From: Candidatus Micrarchaeota archaeon CG1_02_55_22
Lineage (GTDB): Archaea; Micrarchaeota; Micrarchaeia; Norongarragalinales; UBA97
Assembly (NCBI GenBank): GCA_001871595.1
Contig: MNVH01000011.1
Coordinates: forward strand, 1-61,659
Length of the DNA stretch: 61,659 bases
Reading direction: 5' to 3'
Part shown: positions 15,651 to 25,388 of the stretch, in pieces
Layout of the letters: each line of letters begins with the position of its first letter
Position numbering within the stretch: position 1 is the first letter of the stretch
Translations under genes and position numbers: made by a program
The notes under the pieces: model-generated
What the model was told of the DNA's origin: nothing
Databases searched by the model: none
Seen by the model: only the letters and a program-made list of their open reading frames with translations

Positions 15651-16958
15651 TCACGGTTTTTCAGGCGTCATCACGTCGAAGCCCGTGTAGCGTCTCAACG
15701 CGGGGGGAACGGTAACTGTTCCGTCCTCGTTTTGGTAGTTTTCCAGTATAGCGACCATTGCGCGGGAAGTGGCCATGAGCGTGTTGTTGAGCGTGTGCAG
15801 AAAAGCCTTTTCCGCGTCGTCGGCGCCTTGCTTGCCGACGCGGTATTTCGCATTCAAGCGTGTTGCCTGATAAGCAGTACAGTTGCTGCAGCTTCCGACT
15901 TCGCGGTACTCCTTGTTGCGCGGAAACCAAGCCTCGACGTCTTGTTTCTTAGCTGCTACTATTCCGATATCGCCCGTGCAAATCTCGAGTATCTGGTAGG
16001 GTATTCCGAGCGCTTGCCAGAACGCTTCCGAATTGGCAAGAATTTCGTCGAAGTACTTCCACGATTCTTCGGGCCGGCAGAAGACGAATTGTTCGACTTT
16101 GTTGAACTGGTGCATGCGGAAGAGGCCTTTAGAATCCACGCCGTGGCCTCCGATTTCCTTTCTGAAGCACGCGCTCAATCCCGCGTACTTCAAGGGCAGC
16201 TCTTTGGCGTCAACGACTTCGTCCTTGTACATCGCGGCGAGGGGGTGTTCGCTCGTCGCAATCATGTACTCGTCCTTGCCGTCGAGCTTGTAGATTACGT
16301 CTTCAAAATCGCTCAAACTCGTGACGCCCTCGTAGGCATCGCGCCGCAGCATCATTGGCGTATTGACCAGCGTGTAGCCGCGTTCGGAGAGCAAATCAAC
16401 GGCCATGCGTATTAGGGATTGTTCGAGTATGGCGAGTTGGCCTTTAATGTAAACGAATCCTTGTCCGCTGACTTTAGCGGCGCGTTCGAAGTCCGTCCAA
16501 CCGTTCTTTTGGCATAACTCTCCGTGTGGTACCAGCTCGAAGTTCTTCTCGGTTGGCTCACCGTGCTTGCGTATGACGACGTTGCCCTTCTCGTCAGCGC
16601 CGTAGGGCACGCTTTCATGCAACAAGTTCGGCAGCCGCATCAAGTAGTAGCGCATCGTTTCTTGCTGGCCCGCGGCGGTTTCCTCCGCCTCTTTTATCTT
16701 GGCCGGCACGTCCGCCGCCTCTTCTTTCAACGCGGCAATTTTCTCTGGCGCGAGCTTGTCTTTTATTGCCTGCGCCACTTCGTGGCTCGCCGTGTTGCGC
16801 CTAGCCCGCAAGGCCTCGATTTCGGCGTTGAGCTTGCGGTGTTCCTCGTCGAGCTTGACGAGTTCATCGAGCCACGCGCTCTTTTCAGGATCCTGCCGTT
16901 TGGCCAAGTTAGTTTTTACCGTGTCGATATTGCCGCGTATGAACTTTAGGTCCAGCAT
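15651..16958 (-). CDS. serS: Serine--tRNA ligase
   Basis: An N-terminal coiled-coil arm (MLDLKFIRGN...), class II core motifs (FRKEIGGHGVDSKGLFRMHQFNKVEQF) and C-terminal GTVTVPPALRRY. Confidence 0.9.
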   Translation of the reverse strand: MLDLKFIRGNIDTVKTNLAKRQDPEKSAWLDELVKLDEEHRKLNAEIEALRARRNTASHEVAQAIKDKLAPEKIAALKEEAADVPAKIKEAEETAAGQQETMRYYLMRLPNLLHESVPYGADEKGNVVIRKHGEPTEKNFELVPHGELCQKNGWTDFERAAKVSGQGFVYIKGQLAILEQSLIRMAVDLLSERGYTLVNTPMMLRRDAYEGVTSLSDFEDVIYKLDGKDEYMIATSEHPLAAMYKDEVVDAKELPLKYAGLSACFRKEIGGHGVDSKGLFRMHQFNKVEQFVFCRPEESWKYFDEILANSEAFWQALGIPYQILEICTGDIGIVAAKKQDVEAWFPRNKEYREVGSCSNCTAYQATRLNAKYRVGKQGADDAEKAFLHTLNNTLMATSRAMVAILENYQNEDGTVTVPPALRRYTGFDVMTPEKP

Positions 16959-16962
16959 GCGA

Positions 16963-17526
16963 TTACTTCCTTAAGAGTTCGCTTCGTGCCTGCTCGAGCT
17001 GCCCGCGTGCAACGTCTTGCTTTCGTTTGAGCGAGCCGACGAGCGAGCTAGAGAAGCGTATTACCATCAAGTTTTCGTAGATTGCGTCCATTGCATCGTA
17101 GTAGCGTTCCGCCTCGGTCGCGTCGCCGCGCCGCAGCGCCAGTTGTAGTTCGCGTCGGAGTTCACCAACGCAGTCCGCCAAACCGTTCAAGTACGCCAAG
17201 TCGTCTACTCCAAGTTCGTCTTGTTTCGGCAACGCTTTCTTCTCGAAGACTGCCATAAGGCACGATGCCTCGACGAACTCCTGGGGCGCCACCGCTCCAG
17301 TAGCTTCAAGTCCAGTGCTGAGGCGCTTGAGCTCTTCAAGGCCTTTTCCTGCGAGTTCTAGGTGTTCTTTAGCGCTTTGCAGGTTGTCCGCATGCATTGC
17401 CTTTATTGACGTCGCGCACTCGCGCACCACTTGGCGTGTCAAAGGAATGAGCGTGTCTTGGCGTTTTTCCTTGTCTTCAAGGCGTGTGGCTATGAGTTTG
17501 ATGCTTTGTTCAATTCCGTCTTCCAT
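16963..17526 (-). CDS. Translin-family protein
   Basis: The motif DDLAYLNGLADCVGELRRELQLALRRGD...LKRKQDVARGQLE matches the translin pattern (YL.G..D..GEL.R ... LR/KRK.D). Confidence 0.55.
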   Translation of the reverse strand: MEDGIEQSIKLIATRLEDKEKRQDTLIPLTRQVVRECATSIKAMHADNLQSAKEHLELAGKGLEELKRLSTGLEATGAVAPQEFVEASCLMAVFEKKALPKQDELGVDDLAYLNGLADCVGELRRELQLALRRGDATEAERYYDAMDAIYENLMVIRFSSSLVGSLKRKQDVARGQLEQARSELLRK

Positions 17527-17581
17527 GCATTATTGTGGGCTTTAAAAGGCTTTTATGCCTATCTAATAGCGGGTACTTGTA

Positions 17582-18472
17582 ATGATTCGAGTCGTTGTTC
17601 TGGGCACTACGGCAGCGCTGCCGACCAAGCGCAGCCACTCTTCCTGCATCGCCGTGCGCTACGGTGGAGACTACTTGTTCGACTGCTGTGAGGGCTGCCA
17701 GCGCCAGATGATGAAGCACGGTATCTCGCCGATGCGCGTGAACGCCGTTTTTGTAACGCATTTGCACGCCGACCACTTTCTCGGCCTATTCGGTTTAGTC
17801 CAGACCATGGGCTTGCAGGGCCGTACACAACCGCTCTTGATAGTCGGCCCGAAGGGCACCAAGGAACTGTTTTCAACCGTCTTCAGCCTAAAGCCATTGC
17901 GCCCCGCTTTCCCGATAGCGTACAAGGAAATCTCGCGCGCCGGAGCGGTTTACAGGAATGAATTGTTCAGCGTCAAGGCCTTTCCGGTAAAGCACACGGC
18001 CAAGGCTTACGGTTACGTTTTGGACGCGCATTCCTACCGACGCTTTGACGAGGCTAAAGCTAAATCCCTCGGCGTTCGCGGCCGCATGTTTACCGAGCTG
18101 CAGGAGAAGGGAGCTGTCACGGTTGACGGAAAGAAAATCAAGTATGCCGACGTCACTTACTTGCAATCCGGCAAGAAACTCGTTTATACGGGCGATACGG
18201 CACCGTGCCCCGCAATTGCAAGAAACGCTGCTGGTGCGGACTTGTTGGTTCACGAGTCTTCCTTCCATTCCGACCAGAAGGAATTGGCTGCGGAAAAGCT
18301 TCACGCGACCGCGGCGCAGGCAGCGAAGGCCGCAGCTTCGGCCAAGGTCAAGAAGCTCATGTTAATACATTTTTCAAACCGCTATGAGGACAAGCGCCCG
18401 TTGCTCGAAGAGGCTAAAAAGGTTTTTGACCAAACTATCCTTGCCGAAGAAGGGCTTGAAGTGATAATATGA
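17582..18472 (+). CDS. rnz: Ribonuclease Z
   Basis: Motifs VVLGTTAALPTKRSHSSCIAV, FVTHLHADHFLGLFGL and C-terminal LIHFSNRY. Metallo-beta-lactamase fold of RNase Z size. Confidence 0.85.
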   Translation: MIRVVVLGTTAALPTKRSHSSCIAVRYGGDYLFDCCEGCQRQMMKHGISPMRVNAVFVTHLHADHFLGLFGLVQTMGLQGRTQPLLIVGPKGTKELFSTVFSLKPLRPAFPIAYKEISRAGAVYRNELFSVKAFPVKHTAKAYGYVLDAHSYRRFDEAKAKSLGVRGRMFTELQEKGAVTVDGKKIKYADVTYLQSGKKLVYTGDTAPCPAIARNAAGADLLVHESSFHSDQKELAAEKLHATAAQAAKAAASAKVKKLMLIHFSNRYEDKRPLLEEAKKVFDQTILAEEGLEVII

Positions 18473-18960
18473 CCGAACGAATTGACAAAGGGACCGTCTT
18501 AGTGCTTTTAGTGGTGGCAGTACTCGTTTTCGTAGGCGTATTCTATCTCACCCAAAGCAATGCGCGTTGCCCGTTGGTTTACGGCGTGCGAGTGTGTTCA
18601 TCCAGCGACCCCGCCGCCGATATACGTGGCGTCATTGGCACTGGGCCCGTGCAAATGTGGATATCGGCTTCTGACGAGACCGTCACCATTCCTTGCAAGC
18701 AAGTTGCTTCCGCCGAAATTGCCGCTACGCTTGGAAGCCTGGGCAAGCAGGTCAACGTCGTTGGCCGAGTCGCCGATTCCTATTGCATAAACGCCAACCG
18801 CACCCGGGTGGATTGCGGTTCTCCCCAGATTATAGTGCAGGATGGGCCCGCCAACGCGGTTTCCGTTCGCGATTCGGTTGTTATTGAAGGCAGCGAGGCG
18901 TGGTTCTGCGATAACTCAGTTCCTTTACGCAACATCGTGCGCTACGCTTTGAGCGGCTGA
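18469..18960 (+). CDS. Membrane-anchored Cys-containing hypothetical protein
   Basis: Its ATG overlaps the rnz stop (ATGA at 18469-18472). There is an N-terminal TM helix (VLVLLVVAVLVFVGVFYL) followed by a roughly 130-aa domain with six Cys. Confidence 0.5.
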   Translation: MTERIDKGTVLVLLVVAVLVFVGVFYLTQSNARCPLVYGVRVCSSSDPAADIRGVIGTGPVQMWISASDETVTIPCKQVASAEIAATLGSLGKQVNVVGRVADSYCINANRTRVDCGSPQIIVQDGPANAVSVRDSVVIEGSEAWFCDNSVPLRNIVRYALSG

Positions 18961-19053
18961 ACAAATGGCTGGACACATTATCATGGAGCGCGCGAAAACA
19001 CAAACTGATAAAAGCGAACGCGTAGAGCTATTGGAATAGGTTGGTTACAAACG

Positions 19054-20487
19054 ATGAATTCGGAAGAACGCTTGCTTAAAGAACTTGTTAACGGGGAGTG
19101 TGAGGCATCCGCGCTCGCCGAGGCACTAAAGCTTCCGTTAGATACGGTAATGAGCCTGCTTTCCAGGTTTGAGTCAGAAGGCTTCGTATCAGTCAAACGC
19201 GAATCGTGTTCCCGCTTTGAAGCCACTGCTGAAGGTGCTCAATACGCTGAAGTGGGTTCGCCCGAATACCGTCTTGCAATGGCGGTTTCCGACAAGACAA
19301 CGCTCGAAGACGCGACCAAAAAGGCGCGCCTATCCGGCGCTGGACAAGGTATCGCGCTGCAGTGGGCCATTCGTAACAAGTGGGTAACGCCGCGGAAAGA
19401 CGGTGCAGTAACCGTGTTTGAAAAGGCGGGCAAGCCCGTGGATAGCGTCGCCGAAGCGCTGCGCAAAATCATTGCAGGGAAAACCGTTTCCGAAAAAGAA
19501 TCGCAATTGCTCGCATCTAGAAAGCTCGCCGTTGCGCGCGAAGAGAAAACTGTGACCGCCGTTATTACACCAGCTGGTAAGACGTTCATTGGTTCACATT
19601 CGCAAGACTCGTCCCAGCTTACGCCCCAGATGCTTAAGGACGGCTCGTGGAGTAAAGCAAAGTTCCGCGAGTACGATTTATCCACCATAACGGCGCCCCT
19701 TAACGTGGCGCGAAAGCATCCTTACAAAGAGTTTCTCAACCGCATCCGCGTCGAGCTCGCCAGCATGGGCTTCAAGGAAGTGCACGGGCCGCTCGTCGAA
19801 CTAGAATTCTGGAACATGGACGCGTTGTTTATGCCGCAAGATCACCCTGCGCGTGAGGTGCACGATGTCTTCAAGCTCAAAGGCGGTAAGGGTACTGTTC
19901 ACGACAAGAAGCTTGTTTACGGCGTAAAAAAAGCTCACGAGGTCGGCCTCGCCGGCTCTCGTGGATGGCGTTACGAGTGGGACCCAGAAGTTGCAATGCA
20001 GCTCGTCCTCCGTTCGCAAACCACTGCGGTGAGCGCGCGCCAACTCGCCAGTGGCCTTGAAGCGCCATCCCGCCTCTTTTGCATTGGCCGTGTCTTCCGT
20101 CCGGACGAGATTGACTGGAAGCACTTCATAGAATTCAACCAGTGCGAAGGAATCGTGATGGATGACGGCCTCTCATTCCGCGAACTATTGGGTTACTTGA
20201 AGACTTTCGCAATCAACGTCTTTGGCGTGAAGGAAGTCAAGTTCATCCCGCATTATTACCCGTTCACCGAGCCCAGCGTAGACCTGGCGATAAAACTCCC
20301 CGACCGCGGCTGGGTTGAGGCTGGCGGCGCGGGAATGTTCCGTCCCGAAATGCTTGCCGCACTAGGCGTTGACAAGCCCGTGCTTGCATGGGGCTTGGGC
20401 ATCGACCGCTTTGCCCTATCTGGCATAAACACCGAGGACATCCGCGACCTTTTCTCCACAAACGTCGAGTTCTTGAGAGGCAAATGA
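19054..20487 (+). CDS. pheS: Phenylalanine--tRNA ligase alpha subunit
   Basis: Motifs FWNMDALFMPQDHPAR, VLRSQTTAVSAR, FRPDEIDWKHFIEFNQCEG and GAGMFRPE. The N-terminal part looks like winged-helix repeats. Confidence 0.9.
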   Translation: MNSEERLLKELVNGECEASALAEALKLPLDTVMSLLSRFESEGFVSVKRESCSRFEATAEGAQYAEVGSPEYRLAMAVSDKTTLEDATKKARLSGAGQGIALQWAIRNKWVTPRKDGAVTVFEKAGKPVDSVAEALRKIIAGKTVSEKESQLLASRKLAVAREEKTVTAVITPAGKTFIGSHSQDSSQLTPQMLKDGSWSKAKFREYDLSTITAPLNVARKHPYKEFLNRIRVELASMGFKEVHGPLVELEFWNMDALFMPQDHPAREVHDVFKLKGGKGTVHDKKLVYGVKKAHEVGLAGSRGWRYEWDPEVAMQLVLRSQTTAVSARQLASGLEAPSRLFCIGRVFRPDEIDWKHFIEFNQCEGIVMDDGLSFRELLGYLKTFAINVFGVKEVKFIPHYYPFTEPSVDLAIKLPDRGWVEAGGAGMFRPEMLAALGVDKPVLAWGLGIDRFALSGINTEDIRDLFSTNVEFLRGK

Positions 20488-20488
20488 A

Positions 20489-22123
20489 ATGGTTTCAATA
20501 AAACTTGACAAGACGCTCCTGCTTAAAGCCACGGGTAAGAAACTCTCGGACGACGCGCTCTGCGCCGAACTCGAGCAGATGAAAGTCGAAGTAGAATCAA
20601 TCGACGACTGCGTGCTCTCCGTTGACGTCACCGGCGACAGGCCGGACTTGCTGGGAGTCAACGGCGTCGCCCGCGCTCTCGCAGGACGCCTTGGTGTTTC
20701 TAAAGGCATTCCTGCGCTACCACTCGCCAAAAAACCAGCCCTGCAAGTAATCGTGGAGAAAGACGCCCGCGCTATTCGCCCCTTCGTGGTCGGTGCCGTA
20801 GTTGAAGGCGTCCGTTTCAGCGACGATTCTATTGCAGAAATCTTCCAATTGCAAGATAAGTTAGACTTGACCGTTGGCCGCAAGCGCAAACGCGTCTCGA
20901 TTGGTTTATACGACCTTGATAAGTTAACGCCGCCCTTCCATTTCAAAGCCCTTCCCCCTTCGACGTCGTTTACCCCACTAAAATCTGACAAGAAAATGTC
21001 GCTCGACGAAATTCTTTCCGAGCACCCGACCGGCGTCGAGAACGCCAAGCTCTTGGCTGGCCGCAAGAACTACCCGTGCCTCGTTGATGCAGCTGGCGAG
21101 ATACTCTCGCTAATACCGATAATCAACAACGTCGCCTCGGCAGTTACGGAAAAGACGACGCGTATATTCATCGATCACACCGGCACCGAAGAGTACGCTT
21201 GCAACTCGTCGTTGAACATCTTGTGCCAGGAGTTCGCCGATGCGGGTGCGAAAGTGAGCTCAGTCGAAATCGTTTACCCTGACAAGACCGTCTTGACGCC
21301 GGACTCAACGCCGCACAAGCTCCGCGTGGCCGTGGTTGAAGTAAACAAGGCGCTTGGTGTGAGTTTTACCGGAAAACAGGTTGCCGACCTATTGACCCGC
21401 CAGCGCATCAATGCGACGGCGCAAGGTGATTGGGTTGATGCACAGATTCCGGCTTACCGCGCCGACTTCCTGCACCCGGTCGACCTTATAGAGGAAGTGG
21501 CCCTTGCTTACGGTTACAACAACTTCGAGCCGCTCAAGCCGACTGCTTACACTGTCGGAAGCGTTAGTCAGGCAACGATGCGCGAGAACTTTGTACGCGA
21601 CTTTCTCGTCGGCGCCGGTTTCCTCGAAGTCAACACTTACATTACTACCAACGAGGCCCGCATTCGCGCGTCGCGCTCGCAAGCCGCTTTCGCCGAGATA
21701 CTTAACCCGGTTAGTGAGGAGTACGCCGCCCTGCGCTCCGAACTCTTGCCAAACCTCCTAAACGTCCTCTCGAAGAACACGCACGTTCCTTACCCGCAGA
21801 ACCTCTTCGAGGCCGGAGAGGTAATAGTACCGAATGACAAGCTCCCCGAACGCATGGAGACGCGTCTTCGCGCTTGCGCGATAGCGTGCCACACCTCGGC
21901 TTCGTTGACTGAAGTCGCTTCAGTGCTCAACGAGCTCGCCAAGCGCGTTAACGGTAAATTGTTCTTGAAAAAGATTTCTTCGCCCCAGTTCATTCCCGGC
22001 CGGTCAGCGGAAGTCAACTTCGGAGGAAAGACTGTTGGCATAATCGGGGAAATCCATCCCGAAATCCTTTCCACTCTCGGCATATCAATGCCCGCGGCCG
22101 CCTTCGAAATAGACCTGCCGTAG
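20489..22123 (+). CDS. pheT: Phenylalanine--tRNA ligase beta subunit (archaeal type)
   Basis: It starts 1 nt after the pheS stop. The B3/4 and B5-like regions include IPAYRADFLHPVDLIEEVALAYGYNNF. Length is 544 aa. Confidence 0.85.
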   Translation: MVSIKLDKTLLLKATGKKLSDDALCAELEQMKVEVESIDDCVLSVDVTGDRPDLLGVNGVARALAGRLGVSKGIPALPLAKKPALQVIVEKDARAIRPFVVGAVVEGVRFSDDSIAEIFQLQDKLDLTVGRKRKRVSIGLYDLDKLTPPFHFKALPPSTSFTPLKSDKKMSLDEILSEHPTGVENAKLLAGRKNYPCLVDAAGEILSLIPIINNVASAVTEKTTRIFIDHTGTEEYACNSSLNILCQEFADAGAKVSSVEIVYPDKTVLTPDSTPHKLRVAVVEVNKALGVSFTGKQVADLLTRQRINATAQGDWVDAQIPAYRADFLHPVDLIEEVALAYGYNNFEPLKPTAYTVGSVSQATMRENFVRDFLVGAGFLEVNTYITTNEARIRASRSQAAFAEILNPVSEEYAALRSELLPNLLNVLSKNTHVPYPQNLFEAGEVIVPNDKLPERMETRLRACAIACHTSASLTEVASVLNELAKRVNGKLFLKKISSPQFIPGRSAEVNFGGKTVGIIGEIHPEILSTLGISMPAAAFEIDLP

Positions 22124-22140
22124 AAACCTCTTATTTTTCG

Positions 22141-22635
22141 TCAGAGCACGTAGTCGGCCAGTGTCTTCAGTCCCGGTTTTGTTCGTGCCGAGGCGATGAC
22201 GCGTGGCGCGAGCGCAACGGCGCGGGCCGCGGGCGTTCTTATCCCATTAACGCTAACAACTGCGACCTTCTTTTTCGTGGCCGCTGAATCTATCTTCTTG
22301 CCGGTTGCGCTAGTTTTGGCCGGGAGCTTTGATAGTGTGATTACGCTGGCGCCCGCCTTGACGCACTCAAGAATCTGCCGCGCTGCTTTTATGCCGGTTG
22401 CATTGGTTGCGTGGAAGGCTATTTGTGGTTCGGACTCCGCTAGGGCGCGAGAGTCGTCACTGGTAATTATAGTCATACGTCGCTTCTCGAGCTTTATAAT
22501 ACGGCCGCTCGTCTTGCCTACCCTGCCCGCGTTTTCGTCAATAAGCGCGACTGGATCCATTTTCTTGGCTATAGCCTTGCGCGCGATTTCGTTGCCAGCG
22601 TCTCCGAGGCCGTATACTGCGAATTTGAGTACCAT
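22141..22635 (-). CDS. Hypothetical Rossmann-like protein
   Basis: N-terminal KFAVYGLGDAGNEIARKA resembles a GxGxxG dinucleotide-binding motif. The ATG at 22635 lies 8 nt after GAGGTGA; the ORF-track GTG at 22647 sits inside that SD. No family assigned. Confidence 0.45.
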   Translation of the reverse strand: MVLKFAVYGLGDAGNEIARKAIAKKMDPVALIDENAGRVGKTSGRIIKLEKRRMTIITSDDSRALAESEPQIAFHATNATGIKAARQILECVKAGASVITLSKLPAKTSATGKKIDSAATKKKVAVVSVNGIRTPAARAVALAPRVIASARTKPGLKTLADYVL

Positions 22636-22643
22636 TATGTCTC

Positions 22644-23540
22644 TCACCTCAATGCTGCTACTGCGTCTTTAACTGTCTTGGAATTTATTATCACGCCGCT
22701 CTCCAACTCTAAGCCAGCCCACACGTTGGTTCGCGGAATGATTTGGGCGTGAAAGAACATTTTCTCACCCGGCTGGGCTTGGTGGAATAAGATGTTGTAA
22801 TCTTGCGTCACGCGCTTGACCCGCCGTATCGCGTCGCAGAGGCACGCCATGAACTCGCCTGCCGCAGCCGCGTCAAAATCTGCCAGCCGTGAAGCGGGCT
22901 TGTTCGGGTACAACCACAATTCGTAGGGGTGTACTGCGAAGCTTGGGCGGATGAGCGTGAAGCCCTTTGTCTTTTTTACCGTGTTTCTTGCCTCGGCCTT
23001 GACTGCCTTGGCGTAAAGGCCCTTGCCGTACGCGTCGCCGCGCCGCTGTGCCTCTAAGGGCACGAACGGCAAAGCGAGTATTTGGCTGTGCTCGTGGCCG
23101 ATGCTTGCGCCGGCTTTCGGGCCGTGGTTCTTGAAGAGAGAAACGTATTTTATTCCGGGCCGGTTGTAGAGCGACTGCGTGCGGTTGACGTACGCCTCGA
23201 AGACGAGCAAGCGCTGGTATTCGTCAAAGTCCTCGTACTGCTCGGTTTGCGACGGCGTCTCCGCGATTACTTCGTGGTCGCCGAACGCCGCGCTCTGCCA
23301 GCCCAGCTCTTTTTTGCGCGGTAAGTATTTGCCCTTGCGTTCCAATGCAGGAAAGGCGTTGTTGAAGCACCTGACTTTCCACTCCTGCGGAGAGGGCAGT
23401 GCGAGCGTTGTTGGCGGCGTGAGTTTCTCGTTCTCTGGCACGAACGGCGATTTTCCGTGGAAGTTGACCGGCCTGCCCGCGCGGTGCGATGCGACTATGA
23501 CGACGCGCCCGTCGAACGGGTTGAAGCGGTACTCTGACAT
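22644..23540 (-). CDS. galT: Galactose-1-phosphate uridylyltransferase family (HIT superfamily)
   Basis: N-terminal RFNPFDGRVVIVASHRAGRP and the active-site context GASIGHEHSQILA (HxHxQ). Confidence 0.7.
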   Translation of the reverse strand: MSEYRFNPFDGRVVIVASHRAGRPVNFHGKSPFVPENEKLTPPTTLALPSPQEWKVRCFNNAFPALERKGKYLPRKKELGWQSAAFGDHEVIAETPSQTEQYEDFDEYQRLLVFEAYVNRTQSLYNRPGIKYVSLFKNHGPKAGASIGHEHSQILALPFVPLEAQRRGDAYGKGLYAKAVKAEARNTVKKTKGFTLIRPSFAVHPYELWLYPNKPASRLADFDAAAAGEFMACLCDAIRRVKRVTQDYNILFHQAQPGEKMFFHAQIIPRTNVWAGLELESGVIINSKTVKDAVAALR

Positions 23541-23609
23541 GAAACCATTAGCGTTTCCGGGTTTTTAAGCCATCGCCAGCCCTAAAAGCCTTTCCTGCCA
23601 TATCTTTTC

Positions 23610-23676
23610 GGGATGATGATCATGCAACACTCAGAGTGCCTATTCAGCGCGATGAAGAGTGACGGACGGTCTGACT
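23610..23676 (+). ncRNA. Candidate C/D box sRNA
   Basis: C box AUGAUGA at 23613-23619, 12 nt, CAGA (degenerate D') at 23632-23635, 16 nt, AUGAAGA (C'-like) at 23652-23658, 12 nt, then D box CUGA at 23671-23674. It lies in the galT/Nudix divergent intergenic region. No terminal stem was seen. Confidence 0.4.
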
Positions 23677-23705
23677 ATCAAGTTTATTCTATTTAAGTGT
23701 TGATT

Positions 23706-24143
23706 ATGCGCCAATACGATTGCAAGATTGCCGCGGTATACTTGATTTTCCGGCGCGACGGCAAGCTCTTGCTGCTCAAGCGTATTAACACGGGCTACGA
23801 GGACGGCAATTACAGTCTTGTTGCCGGGCATGTTGACGCGCGAGAGACTGCGGCACAGGCTGCAGTGCGCGAGGCTGCCGAGGAGGCCGGCGTTAAGGTA
23901 CGGCTGGCGGAACTGCGTTTGGTGCACGTCATGCATCGTCTCTCTGGCGAACAAGAGCGCATAGACTTCTTTTTCGAAGTCCTCAAGTGGTCTGGCGAGC
24001 CCGTCAATAAGGAGCCTTCTAAGTGCGGTGGTTTGGGCTGGTTTGACGAAGCGCGGTTACCTGATAACGTGGTGCCGTGCGTAAGAAAAGCCCTTTTAGA
24101 TGCACGGGCGGGCGTCATCTACGGGGAATATGGTTGGGACTAG
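23706..24143 (+). CDS. NUDIX hydrolase
   Basis: Nudix box GHVDARETAAQAAVREAAEEAGV. ATG 23706 is preferred; the ORF track uses GTG 23697. Confidence 0.8.
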   Translation: MRQYDCKIAAVYLIFRRDGKLLLLKRINTGYEDGNYSLVAGHVDARETAAQAAVREAAEEAGVKVRLAELRLVHVMHRLSGEQERIDFFFEVLKWSGEPVNKEPSKCGGLGWFDEARLPDNVVPCVRKALLDARAGVIYGEYGWD

Positions 24144-24174
24144 TCTAGCAGGATTACTTCGGCTATTTTAGATT

Positions 24175-25206
24175 TTATAGCATAAACCCGTAGGCGTCTT
24201 CGACCATTCCAATACCGTCTTGCTTGGTAACGTTCCTGAAGGTAAAGTCTTTGCACTCGACGAGGTACTCGTCATAGTGGAATTCGCCGCGCCCTTTGAG
24301 GATGAAGGATTTGAATGCGTAAGTGGTAAGATAGGCAGCGACGCCTTGACCTTCCAGAAGCCACCTGTCCGCCGCGAGCCTTCGGATTTGCGCGCCTTTT
24401 AAACGATAAGTCTTGCCGGATGCGAGCGTGTACGTTGCATTATTCAATAGATTATAGCTTAGCGAATTGATGCTTAGCTTTGCCACAAATACATCGAGGG
24501 CGGAGTGGTCGGCAAAGGTTACTCTGAGCCAGTTCCAAGGAATGAATGGCGCAACTACGACTACCTTTTGTATATATCCTACTCCTTTGAACTTTTTTCC
24601 ATTAATCTTTCCCTGCACGTCAAGATACATTGTAAGCATGCCAATGCCGAGGTTCTTTGCGGAAACCGGGCTGGCTTTATACGTAATCCCGTTTTTTGGT
24701 TTGGATAGTTTAAGCTTAATGTTCCGGCCCACAGTAAGTTCATAGGTTGGGAACGCGCCCTTAAATTCAAACGATTCAGTTTTCAGCCCTGTCTTTGAAG
24801 TCTGTAAATGAAGCGATTTTTCGAGGAACACTTTTTTCTTTTCGCAGAAGAACCAGCCGACTGCAGCCACGTTTCCGGCCTGTGCCGCGTGTTTATTGAC
24901 CAACGCTTTTGTGTCAGAACGACCGAACGTCAGCACTAACTGCGTTTTGTCTCCGCTGGTGGACACCACGTCGAAGAACCAGTATTCCTTTCCGCCCGGT
25001 GGCAGGATTTCGCGGCTGAAGAAGAAGTCGTCCAGTTTTCCGAATTCATTCTGCTTAAGCATCCGTGAGTAATATCGAGCAATTTGAGCTGTTCGTGTCA
25101 GGCCAATCTTCATCTGCATTTTACGCGCGAACGAAATGCCTTCGTCAAGTCCGGATGCGTGCTTGATTTCGGATTCAATCTTTTTGTTCAGTAGGTAGCG
25201 TTCCAT
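24175..25206 (-). CDS. Hypothetical protein, possibly AttH/CrtC-like lipocalin-fold
   Basis: 343 aa and beta-rich. KEYWFFDVVSTSGDKTQLVLTFGRS loosely recalls the EWWY...tfFR signature of AttH/hydroxyneurosporene-synthase-like proteins. The gene looks more A/T-rich than its neighbours by eye. Confidence 0.3.
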   Translation of the reverse strand: MERYLLNKKIESEIKHASGLDEGISFARKMQMKIGLTRTAQIARYYSRMLKQNEFGKLDDFFFSREILPPGGKEYWFFDVVSTSGDKTQLVLTFGRSDTKALVNKHAAQAGNVAAVGWFFCEKKKVFLEKSLHLQTSKTGLKTESFEFKGAFPTYELTVGRNIKLKLSKPKNGITYKASPVSAKNLGIGMLTMYLDVQGKINGKKFKGVGYIQKVVVVAPFIPWNWLRVTFADHSALDVFVAKLSINSLSYNLLNNATYTLASGKTYRLKGAQIRRLAADRWLLEGQGVAAYLTTYAFKSFILKGRGEFHYDEYLVECKDFTFRNVTKQDGIGMVEDAYGFML

Positions 25207-25388
25207 AAATGATTAAGAAGCATTACGCCCGGGCCAGTATTAAATTTATGTTTTTCAGAGCCTAGCGTTACTCGCTTTTTTTTGTACCCGGGCATTTTGG
25301 CTGGCACAAGCGCCGTATTCACAGTGGCGTAAGCGCATGCATACTATACGATTCGGACACTCGCGATTATGGTGGTAAGCGAGAAAAG

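Noticed and set aside
18965-19039. 24-aa ORF (MAGHIIMERAKTQTDKSERVELLE) in the spacer before pheS.
   Set aside because: It is very short, has no SD-like motif and no recognisable features. More likely this is the pheS promoter/leader region.
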